A DNA stretch of 64,000 bases from Candidatus Micrarchaeota archaeon (lineage in GTDB: Archaea; Micrarchaeota; Micrarchaeia; Anstonellales; Bilamarchaeaceae). Position 1 is the stretch's first letter; each line of letters opens with the position of its first letter. The translations under genes were made by a program, and so were the position numbers. The notes under the pieces are model-generated. The model saw only the letters and a program-made list of their open reading frames with translations. It made no database searches and was not told where the DNA came from. The stretch lies in contig JBDRPL010000032.1 in the NCBI GenBank assembly GCA_043827025.1, positions 45,870-109,869 on the forward strand. Direction: 5' to 3'. Positions 8,606-18,678 of this stretch are shown in pieces.

Positions 8606-9267
8606 TCCTTTGCGCCGAGCTTTTTCAGCAGTTCCACAGTATCTTCATGCTTAGTGCTTTTGGCTATCTCCATTGCTGTATGGCCAGCACTGCTCTGTAA
8701 GTTTACATCTGCCCCTTTTTTCACAAGCACCTTAACCACATTGTTATGGCCGTCTACGCATGCAAGCATCACTGCGGTGATTCCTCTGGAGTCCTGCAGA
8801 TTGGTGTCAGCCTTGCTTTCGAGGAGCGCATTCACTGCATTTATCTTTCCTTCCTGGGATGCCATCATGAGGGCCGTGGCTCCGGATGCATTTACAGCAT
8901 TCACATCCGCACCTTTTAAAACAAGAATTTTTATCGCTTCTGCGAAATCATATTTTGCAGCAATTATAATGGGAGTCCATCCCTTTGCATTTCTTGCATC
9001 CACATCCGCACCTTTGCCAAGAATTACCTTCAATAACTCTACATCCCTCTTCTGGCATGCATACATAAGAGGAGTGAATTGGTACTCGCCACGACAATTG
9101 ACATTCGCACCCATGTCCAAAGCCTTTTGGACTAGTATTTTATCAGCATTTTGCACAGCAATCACCAGTAATTGGTCATTGCCAGTCATTGCAGTGCCTG
9201 TACTTGTATTTACAAAAAGAGTTTCTCCTTTCTTTTCCTGTTCTATGCTTTTCTTTGCCATAAACAT
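8602..9267 (-). CDS. Ankyrin-repeat protein
   Basis: Five to six repeats of G-x-T(P/A)(L/I)xxA...GADVN; start set at ATG 9267/9261 because the longer ORF is antisense to SMC. Confidence 0.9.
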   Translation of the reverse strand: MFMAKKSIEQEKKGETLFVNTSTGTAMTGNDQLLVIAVQNADKILVQKALDMGANVNCRGEYQFTPLMYACQKRDVELLKVILGKGADVDARNAKGWTPIIIAAKYDFAEAIKILVLKGADVNAVNASGATALMMASQEGKINAVNALLESKADTNLQDSRGITAVMLACVDGHNNVVKVLVKKGADVNLQSSAGHTAMEIAKSTKHEDTVELLKKLGAKE

Positions 9268-9352
9268 ATAAATAGCAGAAGTACATTTAAAAATATTAAA
9301 AGTGTAAAGCGTTAACTCTACATTTGGCTCTGCGGAGATATCAGGTGCATCT

Positions 9353-12300
9353 ATGATTTTCATTTCACGTTTAAAGGCAAGAAACTTCAAGTCTTTCAAA
9401 TTTGTCGACATAACTCTTCCTAAAAATTTTCTGTGTTTTGCTGGCCCAAATGGCTCTGGCAAGTCGAACATCATGGATATGGTGCGTTTCGCACTCGGCG
9501 AAGTGAGCCTCAAATCACTAAGGGCAAAGAAGACGAGAGACCTTATTCATACAGGTGCAAAGGCTGCGGAAGTCACAATTTATTTTGAAGGCGACGAGAA
9601 GATTGAGATAAAGAGGGCCATCCGCGTAGATGGAAAGATACTCTACAAGCTCAACGGTGAAAAAACCACGAGGTCTGCGATCCAAAACCTTCTGAAGAAA
9701 TATAATCTGGATGACAGTGGAAGGAACATAATCGCCCAGGGCGAAGTCCAAAGAATAATTAACATGGGCGGAAAGGAGCGAAGGGGTATCATAGACAGCG
9801 TTGCAGGCATAGCTGATTTCGAGGAGAAGAAGAAAGAGGCAATGAAAGAGCTTGATATTGTTGATGTAAGGATAAAAGATGCAAGCCTTGTGCTTGGGGA
9901 AAGGACTGCTTATCTTGAAGATCTTGCGAAAGAAAGGGAGCTTGCAATAAAATATAAGGACAGTAGGAAAAGGCTCACCGAAGCAAAGGCAACTCTTTTG
10001 AAGACAGAGATAAAGAAGATCGGGCACAACTTTTCCGAAGTATCGACCAATATCGAGAAGCTTGATTTCAACATAAAGAATAAAGAAACTGAGATGCTCG
10101 AAGTCAACGAAAGGATCACTGTGGTTGAAGAAAAGAGGGATGAAAGGAGGAAGGTTCTAGAATCAAAGCAGAAAACATCCATACTCATAAGGAAAATCGA
10201 GGAACTCAAGGCTCTTTTGAGGTCCGGAACTCAACTCATTGAAGACAGGAATGTTTTCCTGAAAAAACTGGAAGATGACTCATTGAAACTGTCAAAGGAG
10301 CTTGAAATGTGCGGTTCAGAACTCCCTCATCTCGAAAATTCTATTTCTGATTTCAGGTCTGAGCAGAAAACATTTGAGTCCCAACTCTCAAATCTTCAGA
10401 TGCATGAAAGCAGCGAATCCCACAAATTGAGGGAGAAACTCGAGGCTGAAGAGAAGAGCCTCCATTCCATAAGGGAGAATATCGTAAGGATAGATACTGA
10501 AATCTCTTCAAAGAACGAGCTCATACAGCACAAGGCATCCATGCTTTCAGCGCTTTCAAAAGACATTGGGGAATTCGATTCAAATAGCGTGGACAAGGAA
10601 ATAGCTGCAATGAAGCGCGAATCCTCATCAGTCATGAGAGAGATCGAGGATTATTTTTCAGAAACCAAGGACTGCAATAAAAAGATAGCTGAGATCGACA
10701 AGCAACTCCTTGAATTGAAGGAAAAAGGCTCTTTCCTCAGGGTGAGCATTTCCCCGGCCCTTGCAAACCCTGCACTCAGGTTCATCGCTGAGCTCAAGAG
10801 TTCAGGAAAAGTAGATGGGATATATGGGCTTGTGGGTGAGCTCATAAAGTTCGATCAGGAATATTCAAATGCAGTAGAATCTGCAGCAGGAAACAGGCTT
10901 TTGTATGTTGTAGTGGACAATGCAGACACTGCCTCCAAGGTCATTGCCATGCTCAAGAAAAGCGATGTTGGAAGAGCAACATTCATTCCTATAACTGAGG
11001 TTAAGGTTTCTGAACCACGGCCTGTTGCAGGATTTGAGTCGTTGCTGAAACATGTCTCATTTTCCAACAGCGTGAGGCGTGCCATAGAATTCGTTTTTTC
11101 AGATACCACTCTGGTTCCAAAGATGGCTGACGCGAAGAAAAACATCGGCGCAGGCAGGATGGTCACCCTTGAAGGGGAAATTTTCGAGAGATCAGGTGTC
11201 ATTTCCGGAGGGCGCGTAGCAAGCAACATACTTGCAGGCATGCGGCTCAAGAAACTGGATGAACAGCTTGCCCAATTGAAATCCGAGAAAGAATCGCTCA
11301 TCAATAGGCTGTATTCCATACGCGAGGAAGAATCAGAGAAAAGGTCCAAGAAATCCAAGATCGACCTGGAGATACGCTCTCTTGAGATTGAATTGCAGAA
11401 ACAAGGGGAAAAGAAAAAAGAGCAGGAAGACCTTTTTAAGACCAAGGAGCGCCTGCAATTCGAGATAAACACAGTAAATGATGAAATCAAATCACGGCAC
11501 AGTGAAAAAGATAAATTAGGTTCAGCACTGGTCGCTCTTGAAAAGCAGATTGCCGAACTTAATGATTCATTATCCAAGAGCGAACAGAAGTACAAGGAGA
11601 TTTCAGATGCATCGAACAAACGGCGTACAGAACTCACTGCAAAAATATCCTCACTGAAGGCGACCATAGAAGGGAAGATGAAAGAGCTTGAGCTCAAGAA
11701 AAGGGAATATTATTCCACTGATGAGCGCATAAAACAGCTTTCAAAGGAGAAGAAGGATGCGGTTGCTAGCATAAATGATGCAAAAAGGAAGCTGAATGAG
11801 CAGAATGACGAGCTTTCCAAATCAGAATCCGAAATGGAGAAATACAGCAAAGATATCGAAGCTCTTTTCAGGGCACTGAAGGAATTTGATGGGCAGATAC
11901 AGGAACTTGGCAAGTCAAGAGGTGAAGTCACGATCGCCATAGAAAAATTCAACAAGGACATGAATTCCTTGCTTGTCAAGAAAGCAACTTTTGAAACCAG
12001 GATACAGGATTTAAAGGTAGAGTATGAGACCTACAAAGACATTCCAGTTAACGAATCAATAAGTAAGGAAGAGCTGACTGTCACAATAAAGGAATGCGAA
12101 GGCGCGCTTTCCCAGCTTGGAGATGTGAACCTTGCATCTATTGAAAAGTATGAAGAGAAGAAAAAGGAAGTTGAGGATATACGGCAGAAGATAGACAAGC
12201 TTTCTGAAGAGAGGACTGCTATACTTCAGGTGATGTCTGAGATAGAGGATAGGAAGAAAGAGGCTTTCTTCAGCACGTTCTATGCAGTAAGCGACAATTT

Positions 12301-12724
12301 CCAGAAGATGTTCAAGCACATAAGCATTGGCGAAGGATTCCTTTATCTTGATAATCCGAACAGCCCTTTTGATAGCGGGCTTTTCATTAAACTCAAGAGA
12401 TATGGCAGGGAACATACTCTTGATTCGCTTTCAGGCGGGGAGAATAGCCTTGTAGCATTGATGTTCATTTTTGCATTGCAGTTCTTCAAACCTGCGCCTT
12501 TCTATATACTTGATGAGGTGGATGCAGCCCTTGACAAGGAGAACAGCAAGAACCTTGCACTTCTTATCTCAGAAGTATCAAAGACAGGTGGAACGCAGTT
12601 CATTATAGTTTCTCACAATGATTCTGTGATGTCCAATGCGCATGCAGTGCTTGGTGTAGCAAAGGTGGATGGCGCATCAAGAATTGTCGGAGTGAAGCTC
12701 GAACAGCTTGCAAAAGAGGCATGA
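9353..12724 (+). CDS. smc: Chromosome segregation protein SMC
   Basis: GPNGSGKS Walker A, QG Q-loop, hinge GRATFIP, LSGGE signature, LDEVDAALD Walker B; long coiled coils. Confidence 0.97.
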   Translation: MIFISRLKARNFKSFKFVDITLPKNFLCFAGPNGSGKSNIMDMVRFALGEVSLKSLRAKKTRDLIHTGAKAAEVTIYFEGDEKIEIKRAIRVDGKILYKLNGEKTTRSAIQNLLKKYNLDDSGRNIIAQGEVQRIINMGGKERRGIIDSVAGIADFEEKKKEAMKELDIVDVRIKDASLVLGERTAYLEDLAKERELAIKYKDSRKRLTEAKATLLKTEIKKIGHNFSEVSTNIEKLDFNIKNKETEMLEVNERITVVEEKRDERRKVLESKQKTSILIRKIEELKALLRSGTQLIEDRNVFLKKLEDDSLKLSKELEMCGSELPHLENSISDFRSEQKTFESQLSNLQMHESSESHKLREKLEAEEKSLHSIRENIVRIDTEISSKNELIQHKASMLSALSKDIGEFDSNSVDKEIAAMKRESSSVMREIEDYFSETKDCNKKIAEIDKQLLELKEKGSFLRVSISPALANPALRFIAELKSSGKVDGIYGLVGELIKFDQEYSNAVESAAGNRLLYVVVDNADTASKVIAMLKKSDVGRATFIPITEVKVSEPRPVAGFESLLKHVSFSNSVRRAIEFVFSDTTLVPKMADAKKNIGAGRMVTLEGEIFERSGVISGGRVASNILAGMRLKKLDEQLAQLKSEKESLINRLYSIREEESEKRSKKSKIDLEIRSLEIELQKQGEKKKEQEDLFKTKERLQFEINTVNDEIKSRHSEKDKLGSALVALEKQIAELNDSLSKSEQKYKEISDASNKRRTELTAKISSLKATIEGKMKELELKKREYYSTDERIKQLSKEKKDAVASINDAKRKLNEQNDELSKSESEMEKYSKDIEALFRALKEFDGQIQELGKSRGEVTIAIEKFNKDMNSLLVKKATFETRIQDLKVEYETYKDIPVNESISKEELTVTIKECEGALSQLGDVNLASIEKYEEKKKEVEDIRQKIDKLSEERTAILQVMSEIEDRKKEAFFSTFYAVSDNFQKMFKHISIGEGFLYLDNPNSPFDSGLFIKLKRYGREHTLDSLSGGENSLVALMFIFALQFFKPAPFYILDEVDAALDKENSKNLALLISEVSKTGGTQFIIVSHNDSVMSNAHAVLGVAKVDGASRIVGVKLEQLAKEA

Positions 12725-12728
12725 TCTA

Positions 12729-13232
12729 TTGGACAATGCATTGTTCATCGGAAGATTCCAGCCATTTCATCTAGGCCATTTCAAGATGGTTGAATATCTT
12801 TTGAAAGGACATGATCATGTATCCCTTGTGATCGGCAGCTCCCAGGAGTCTTTCACCGAAAAGAATCCATTTACCTTTGATGAGCGGAAGCAAATGGTAC
12901 TCTCTTGTTTTCCAGACTGCAAAAGAATACTCGTACTTGGACTTGAAGATTCTCCAAATGACAATGAAGTATGGATACGAAATTTGCTGTCTGTTGCCCC
13001 AAAATTCAATGTTGCCTATTCGCACAATCCGCTTGTGCAGTCTCTTCTGCGGGAGAAAGGATTTACTGTCAAAGACATTCTTTTCCAGCGTGAAATGTAT
13101 GAAGGCACCAGGATACGAAAACTTCTTGGGCAAGGAAAAGGTTTAGGCCTAGTTCCGACTCCTGTTCTTGATTATCTTAAAAAAATCAAAGGAATGGAAA
13201 GATTAAAAAAATTAGGGCATGGAACTCTCTGA
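12729..13232 (+). CDS. Nicotinamide-nucleotide adenylyltransferase
   Basis: IGRFQPFHLGH, IGSSQ and NPFTFDER motifs; TTG start approximate (ORF open from 12708). Confidence 0.88.
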   Translation: MDNALFIGRFQPFHLGHFKMVEYLLKGHDHVSLVIGSSQESFTEKNPFTFDERKQMVLSCFPDCKRILVLGLEDSPNDNEVWIRNLLSVAPKFNVAYSHNPLVQSLLREKGFTVKDILFQREMYEGTRIRKLLGQGKGLGLVPTPVLDYLKKIKGMERLKKLGHGTL

Positions 13233-14246
13233 AACATCTACCTTTTCTATGTCTGTTATTCTTGCCCCATATCCCTTTCCTGTTATTTTCACCTGAACAG
13301 TTTCATTGATCAGAAGTTCTTTTCCTGAAATCAGTTCAGTTGGCTTTACGTATCCTTCGATTTTTACTACATAAACATATTTGTCTTTGCCTTCTGTTTC
13401 AACCTCTAATATCTCGTCTGCAGCTGCAACATAAGTTGACTCAGGGAATTCGATTTCATACCCGAAATCTGCAATTATCTTCTCCTTGTTGGTGAAGTTC
13501 TCATTAACTGTCATGCTTTTTTCGCTTATGAATTTCACATATTCAAGGCCTTTTTTTTGCTGTATTATTTGAGCATCCAGAGGAACTTTGAATGTGACAT
13601 AATTCCTTTTAGAGTAGTTTTCTGTATTCTGCATTGAGTTTCTGTTTTCCCAGGGTATTGAATATTCTTTGACATGCGACTTTAACTTCATTATTGTTGC
13701 ATTTGCAAGGGCTTCGGACGTGCTAGGTACCAGTGTTGCAGAAGTTAGGCTGGTTATCTTATCTTGTACAAAGTTAAATGCAAGCGCGATTTTTACCTGG
13801 TCTCCAACTTTGAAAATAGGTTCGATGTTCAACGATATCGGAGTTATGCTGTTTTGCACTTCAATTCCAGATGCATTGATGAAAGATGGAAGGTTGATTT
13901 CCCCCTTTGCATATGCAGTAATGTTATTTGCCTTTACCTGCGCATATATTGCGAGCATGTCTTCTGCATCTTTCAGAACTACTATGACTCCGTTCGGGCT
14001 GTTTTGGACGTCTTCCACTCTTGAATCAGACATGAGATATTCCAATTGGCTCATGTTATTGGTATTGGCCGTAAAATAATTCCTGTATCCAAGTATCGTG
14101 GCTTCAACTTCTGCGTTTCCTGTTTTTTCAGTCAGGTCAGCAGATTTCTGCGCATTGCCTTGTCCGCTTCCGAATGCAAACGGTTCTAGGATGAACATCA
14201 GCACAACTGCAATAGTTATTATTACGATTATTGTCTTTTTATCCAT
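13212..14246 (-). CDS. Membrane-anchored hypothetical protein
   Basis: Long ORF with one N-terminal hydrophobic helix; start approximate. Confidence 0.7.
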   Translation of the reverse strand: MDKKTIIVIITIAVVLMFILEPFAFGSGQGNAQKSADLTEKTGNAEVEATILGYRNYFTANTNNMSQLEYLMSDSRVEDVQNSPNGVIVVLKDAEDMLAIYAQVKANNITAYAKGEINLPSFINASGIEVQNSITPISLNIEPIFKVGDQVKIALAFNFVQDKITSLTSATLVPSTSEALANATIMKLKSHVKEYSIPWENRNSMQNTENYSKRNYVTFKVPLDAQIIQQKKGLEYVKFISEKSMTVNENFTNKEKIIADFGYEIEFPESTYVAAADEILEVETEGKDKYVYVVKIEGYVKPTELISGKELLINETVQVKITGKGYGARITDIEKVDVSESSMP

Positions 14247-14378
14247 TGGAATTACCTTCAAAATTTGTATTTTTTGTCTCAAACCTTAATTAGATACTAT
14301 GAACAAATCTTTTAAATTGTATACATCAATATTTTGCTCTTGATGGAAGTAGTTCCAGAACTGTTTAGCGGTGATTAT

Positions 14379-15020
14379 TTGGCATTAAATAAAGGAGATT
14401 TCATAAAGATAGAGTATGATGCATATGACGATGACGGTAGGCTTTTTGATTCTACTAGTGGGGACATTGCAAAGTCCCTGCATGGAAAAGAAGGTGCAAT
14501 GCTCGTAGTTTTCGGATTTGATAAACTGCTTTCTGGTCTTGAAGACGCGCTTCATGGGATGAAAAAAGGGGAAAAAATAGAATTGGACATCCCTGCTGAC
14601 AAGGCTTTCGGCCAGAGGAACAAGAATCTCCTTCGCATAATGTCGCGCTCTGATTTCATAAGAAATGAGATCAATCCAGTTCCAGGGCTCACAGTTCATG
14701 TGGATACTGAGCAGGGAAGGCAGTATGGCATCATAAAATCCTCCAGCGGAGGAAGAGTGCTTGTTGATTTTAATCATCCCCTTGCAGGAAGGAATGTTAA
14801 ATATTCGCTTACCCTTGTGGATGTTGTCACAGATACAAAAAGCAAGACTGAGGAGATATTGAAGGACATAAAGCTTGAAGGCGAAGTGAATCTGGACAAG
14901 GATGTGCTTTCAATCACCCTAAAACCAACGGAACATTTCGACTCTGCCAAAAAGACGCTTGAATTGGTAATCAAGAATGTCATGCCTGATGTAAAGACAA
15001 TAAACGTCTCGGCAAAGTGA
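14379..15020 (+). CDS. Archaeal long-type FKBP peptidyl-prolyl isomerase
   Basis: KGDFIKIEY, FDST, AFGQR and VDFNHPLAG motifs; TTG after GGTGA RBS. Confidence 0.9.
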   Translation: MALNKGDFIKIEYDAYDDDGRLFDSTSGDIAKSLHGKEGAMLVVFGFDKLLSGLEDALHGMKKGEKIELDIPADKAFGQRNKNLLRIMSRSDFIRNEINPVPGLTVHVDTEQGRQYGIIKSSSGGRVLVDFNHPLAGRNVKYSLTLVDVVTDTKSKTEEILKDIKLEGEVNLDKDVLSITLKPTEHFDSAKKTLELVIKNVMPDVKTINVSAK

Positions 15021-15024
15021 GCAG

Positions 15025-15792
15025 ATGTGCAAACTCTGCGATTTTTCGAATAATCCCTCTTATTCTTCTTTCATAGATAAAATGACTGAACAGGATTCCC
15101 TGCGCATGAAATTCACCCATAAGATGGTTGAGGAGCTTTCAGTAATCAAGGAAAGATGCTTCTCTTCCATTAAATTGCCTGTCAAACTGGTGTATCCTAT
15201 GTTCGAGGCGCGTGCAGCATTTGCAGTCCCAAATAATTACTTCCAGAATCTTCTAGTCGATGGCGAAAGGGCGAGCGTCATGTTTTCGCACGGTTCCATG
15301 CGTTCTGTATTTTTTGCAGGCAGCCGTCTTATCCTGTTTTCCAAGAATGTGAATTTCAAGGATGGAAAAGAGTATTTTACATCCTTTCTTCTTTGCCATT
15401 TTGATTCCAATGAATATGATTTTTCTCTCACCGAGGATGATGAGATTTTGATGCATGTAGACTCGCACAAGTCCTTGAAAAACCTGATAACTGGCAAGCT
15501 GGAAAAACGCCAAATACAATTCAACTTCACTGGCAAATCAGTTATGAATAGGATTGTCTCCAGAGAACAGGTGAAAACCTCCTCGCAGTTTACAAATGTC
15601 TATTCAAAATATGGAGGAGTTGACACAAAGGTCCAATCCATTGACCTTGAAGGTTATGCGATAACAGTTCAGCATTTTTCGCCTCACCCATATATGCTCC
15701 AGCTTTTCGAATCAGCAGGTTTTGCTTCGGCAAGGGACATGCAGGAGCATGTCATTGATTATTTTAAGGAAAAGAAGGCAGGAATGCAATAA
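15025..15792 (+). CDS. Hypothetical protein
   Basis: 255-aa ORF co-oriented and 4 bp after the FKBP gene; N-terminal CxxC. Confidence 0.7.
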   Translation: MCKLCDFSNNPSYSSFIDKMTEQDSLRMKFTHKMVEELSVIKERCFSSIKLPVKLVYPMFEARAAFAVPNNYFQNLLVDGERASVMFSHGSMRSVFFAGSRLILFSKNVNFKDGKEYFTSFLLCHFDSNEYDFSLTEDDEILMHVDSHKSLKNLITGKLEKRQIQFNFTGKSVMNRIVSREQVKTSSQFTNVYSKYGGVDTKVQSIDLEGYAITVQHFSPHPYMLQLFESAGFASARDMQEHVIDYFKEKKAGMQ

Positions 15793-15802
15793 TCATGTTC
15801 AC

Positions 15803-16828
15803 TTATTTTGGCTGCTGCTGGGTTATGCAGTGTATGGATCCCATCCCCCAGACAAGAGGTTCGCAATAAATCGGAACTATTTTTCTTTTTGGGAAGCATT
15901 CCTCAAGTATGAGTATTGCCTTTTCATCATTGTCATGTTCGAATACTGGTAATAAAACTATTTCATTGCCTATGTAGAAATTTGCATAGCTTGCAGGAAG
16001 CTGTCCCATAGGCCCACTTACCGTTCCTGGCATTGGAAGCTCTTTCATTTCCAGCTTTTCACCGTCTTGGTCTTTGGAGTTTAGTAATATGTCCCAATTC
16101 TTTTTCAGTGCCTGGTAATTGGTGTTTGTTTTGTTATCTTCCCTAATACATAGCACAGTTCTTTCATCAACAAATCTTGCTATGTCGTCTATATGCCCGT
16201 CAGTATCATCGCCTGCAATTCCTTCTTTTAGCCAGATGATATCCGTAAGCCCGAGATTGTCCTTGAGCTTCTGTTCAATTTCCTTTCTGTTCAGCTTATT
16301 ATTTCGGTTTTTGTTAAGCAGGCACTGCTCTGTTGTAAGCATAGTGCCTTTTCCATTGACTTCTATTGATCCTCCCTCAAGAATCATGTTTGGTTTTATT
16401 ACCTCGATTTTACCCAATATCGGCAATATCCTGTCAACGACTTTATCATCTTCCATTAGTTCATCATATTTTTGGCCATAGGCATTGTATGTCCATTTAG
16501 TTATCTTCAGTTTGTTATTATCTTTCACGAAAATAGGGCCGTAATCACGTATCCACACGTCTGCAGTTTTGATTTGGTGGATGAGTATATTCTTCTTCAC
16601 TCCAATTTCATTAAGCATTCTTTGAACTCTGGATTCTGTTTTTTCATCATCAACAAGCAGGTGCACCTTTTCTCTTTTATGCAACGCATCCATTATTTCA
16701 ATGTAAATCTTCTCCACTTTAGGGAGTATCTGTCTTGGAAAACTTTCCTGGTTTTTTGGCCATGCAAGCCATGTTGCCTCATGAGGTTCCCATTCTGCAG
16801 GCATTCTATTTTTTGTCATACGATTCAC
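15803..16828 (-). CDS. aguA: Agmatine deiminase
   Basis: MPAEWEPH, WIRDYGP, LEGGSI, DDTDGHID and GSIHCITQQ motifs. Confidence 0.95.
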   Translation of the reverse strand: MNRMTKNRMPAEWEPHEATWLAWPKNQESFPRQILPKVEKIYIEIMDALHKREKVHLLVDDEKTESRVQRMLNEIGVKKNILIHQIKTADVWIRDYGPIFVKDNNKLKITKWTYNAYGQKYDELMEDDKVVDRILPILGKIEVIKPNMILEGGSIEVNGKGTMLTTEQCLLNKNRNNKLNRKEIEQKLKDNLGLTDIIWLKEGIAGDDTDGHIDDIARFVDERTVLCIREDNKTNTNYQALKKNWDILLNSKDQDGEKLEMKELPMPGTVSGPMGQLPASYANFYIGNEIVLLPVFEHDNDEKAILILEECFPKRKIVPIYCEPLVWGMGSIHCITQQQPK

Positions 16829-17664
16829 TTTTTTGTTAGCCGTCCGTAGGTTTCAGGCCTTCTGTGTTTGAAGAACATCCAGCCTTCTTCAATTCTCTTT
16901 CCCAATTCTAGATCCACATTTGCATAGATTATCTCTTCCTTTTCTTTGCCTTTTGCAAGTAATGTGCCGAACTGTGAATATACAAAAGAATTGCCCCAGA
17001 ATTTGGTATCTACTTCCTTTCCTACTCTGTTTATAGTTGCGACAATTGTTGCATTTGCAATGGAATGCCCACGTTGAACTGCTTCCCAAGCTTCCTGCCA
17101 ATTGCCTTCAAATTGTTTTGTGTTGCCTGGCAATCCTATTGCAGTTGGGTAGAAGATTATCTGAGCGCCCATCAATGAAACTATTCTTGCTGCTTCAGGG
17201 AACCATTGGTCATAGCATATCAATACTGCAATCTTTCCATATTTTGTCTCAAATACACTGTATCCCAGATCGCCTTTCTCAAAATAATCCTGCTCGTAGA
17301 AATTTGGATCATGGGGTATGTGCATTTTTCGATATTTACCCAGAAGCTCTCCATTCTCATCAAAGATCATTGCAGTGTTGTAGAACTTTTTCCCGTCCTT
17401 TTCATAGATCGAGCCTGCCACTAGCACCACTTTGTTTTCCTTTGCTGCCTTTGATAACTCTTTTTCAATCGGGCCAGGTATTGTTTCAGCATGTTTCTCT
17501 GCATCGTATTTTTTCCTTGTTGGAAAGTAGACGGATGTGAAAACTTCAGGAAGCGCAACTATCTTTGCTCCTTTTTGTGCAGCTTCCTTTATTCTTTTCA
17601 CTGCTTTTTGGACATTTTCTGCCTGGTCTTCAGACATGCTCATTTGTATAAGTGCGATCTTCAT
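16825..17664 (-). CDS. aguB: Carbon-nitrogen hydrolase, probably N-carbamoylputrescine amidase
   Basis: LPE, YRKMHIP and ICYDQWFPEAAR catalytic E-K-C motifs; overlaps aguA start. Confidence 0.88.
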   Translation of the reverse strand: MKIALIQMSMSEDQAENVQKAVKRIKEAAQKGAKIVALPEVFTSVYFPTRKKYDAEKHAETIPGPIEKELSKAAKENKVVLVAGSIYEKDGKKFYNTAMIFDENGELLGKYRKMHIPHDPNFYEQDYFEKGDLGYSVFETKYGKIAVLICYDQWFPEAARIVSLMGAQIIFYPTAIGLPGNTKQFEGNWQEAWEAVQRGHSIANATIVATINRVGKEVDTKFWGNSFVYSQFGTLLAKGKEKEEIIYANVDLELGKRIEEGWMFFKHRRPETYGRLTKK

Positions 17665-17748
17665 GCTTGTGCCTCTTTGGAATGCATTTTCCTCTATCTG
17701 TTGTTTCAAGTTATAGTTTTAAAAAAGTTATGGGGTAAATAGGATCTA

Positions 17749-18678
17749 ATGTCAGTTTTAATCACTAATTCTGGAAAACAGGGGGGACAACGCGGAGCGC
17801 CAAACGGTGCACAAGGAAACTTGCAGAAGCATTTGTTGCCAAAGGATCCAAGGTCATCGGATTGCAGCGAATTATCTTTCTCAGCGCATGGGCTTTCTGT
17901 TGCGGTCTCAGTTACCAGAGGGGCAAGAAATGAGGTCTGCCAGGATGTTGCAATTGCCCATGCTTCAGAACAATTCGCGCTTTTTGGAGTTCTTGATGGT
18001 TACAGAAATCAAGGCCACGTTCTTTCAAGATTACTTGGAGATGGGATCCTGGATGCGTGTGGCAACTTGCCTCCTAGAGAGGTTTCACTTTTCAAAATAA
18101 TGGAGAGGGCTCTTTCTTCTATATCTGGAGAAGTAACTGCGGATATGGGAACCACTGTTCTTCTGGCGCTTGTTTTTCCTGATGGAAATTTTGAGGTCAT
18201 CAGCAGAGGCGATAGTGGAGTATATTTCCGTACTTCTAAGTCGCTCAATTGCCTTTTTGACCATGAGAATGTTAGGAATGATGAGAATGTTATCGTTCCT
18301 GTAGTTGGCATGGCCTTTATGGATTATGCTGATAGTAGGCATGCAGTTGTTGATTCGGTAATCTCAGGCCGCTTGGATATGGAAAAGGTAAGGTCTAATT
18401 TTGGGCGGATGTCACAAGGAAATGTCGTTTTGCTTGCAACGGATGGAGTCACAAAGAATCTTGGCATTATCCTTGATTCAGAGCTTCGCGTTCTGCATGC
18501 AAGCGGGTCCCAGGATTTATGCGACTACTTGCAAGTCATAGATGGTGCTTCTGCGATTAGGGACAGCGTGGACACATTGGTGATCTCTCGTCTTCAGCTT
18601 CCACACAGAATAGAAGATGGAATAGGCTACGCTCCAGACAAGGATGACAGAGCAATTATCGTCATCTCTCGTGATTAG
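17749..18678 (+). CDS. PP2C/PPM-family phosphatase-like protein
   Basis: CQD, GVLDG, GTT, GDSG, LATDG and DDRAI motifs. Confidence 0.8.
   Translation: MSVLITNSGKQGGQRGAPNGAQGNLQKHLLPKDPRSSDCSELSFSAHGLSVAVSVTRGARNEVCQDVAIAHASEQFALFGVLDGYRNQGHVLSRLLGDGILDACGNLPPREVSLFKIMERALSSISGEVTADMGTTVLLALVFPDGNFEVISRGDSGVYFRTSKSLNCLFDHENVRNDENVIVPVVGMAFMDYADSRHAVVDSVISGRLDMEKVRSNFGRMSQGNVVLLATDGVTKNLGIILDSELRVLHASGSQDLCDYLQVIDGASAIRDSVDTLVISRLQLPHRIEDGIGYAPDKDDRAIIVISRD

Noticed and set aside
9268..9513. N-terminal extension of the ankyrin ORF
   Set aside because: Mostly antisense to the start of smc and spans the divergent promoter region
10855..11697. 280-aa antisense ORF within smc and similar shadow ORFs across the window
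   Set aside because: Ser/Phe/Leu-rich mirror translations of Glu/Lys-rich genes on the opposite strand
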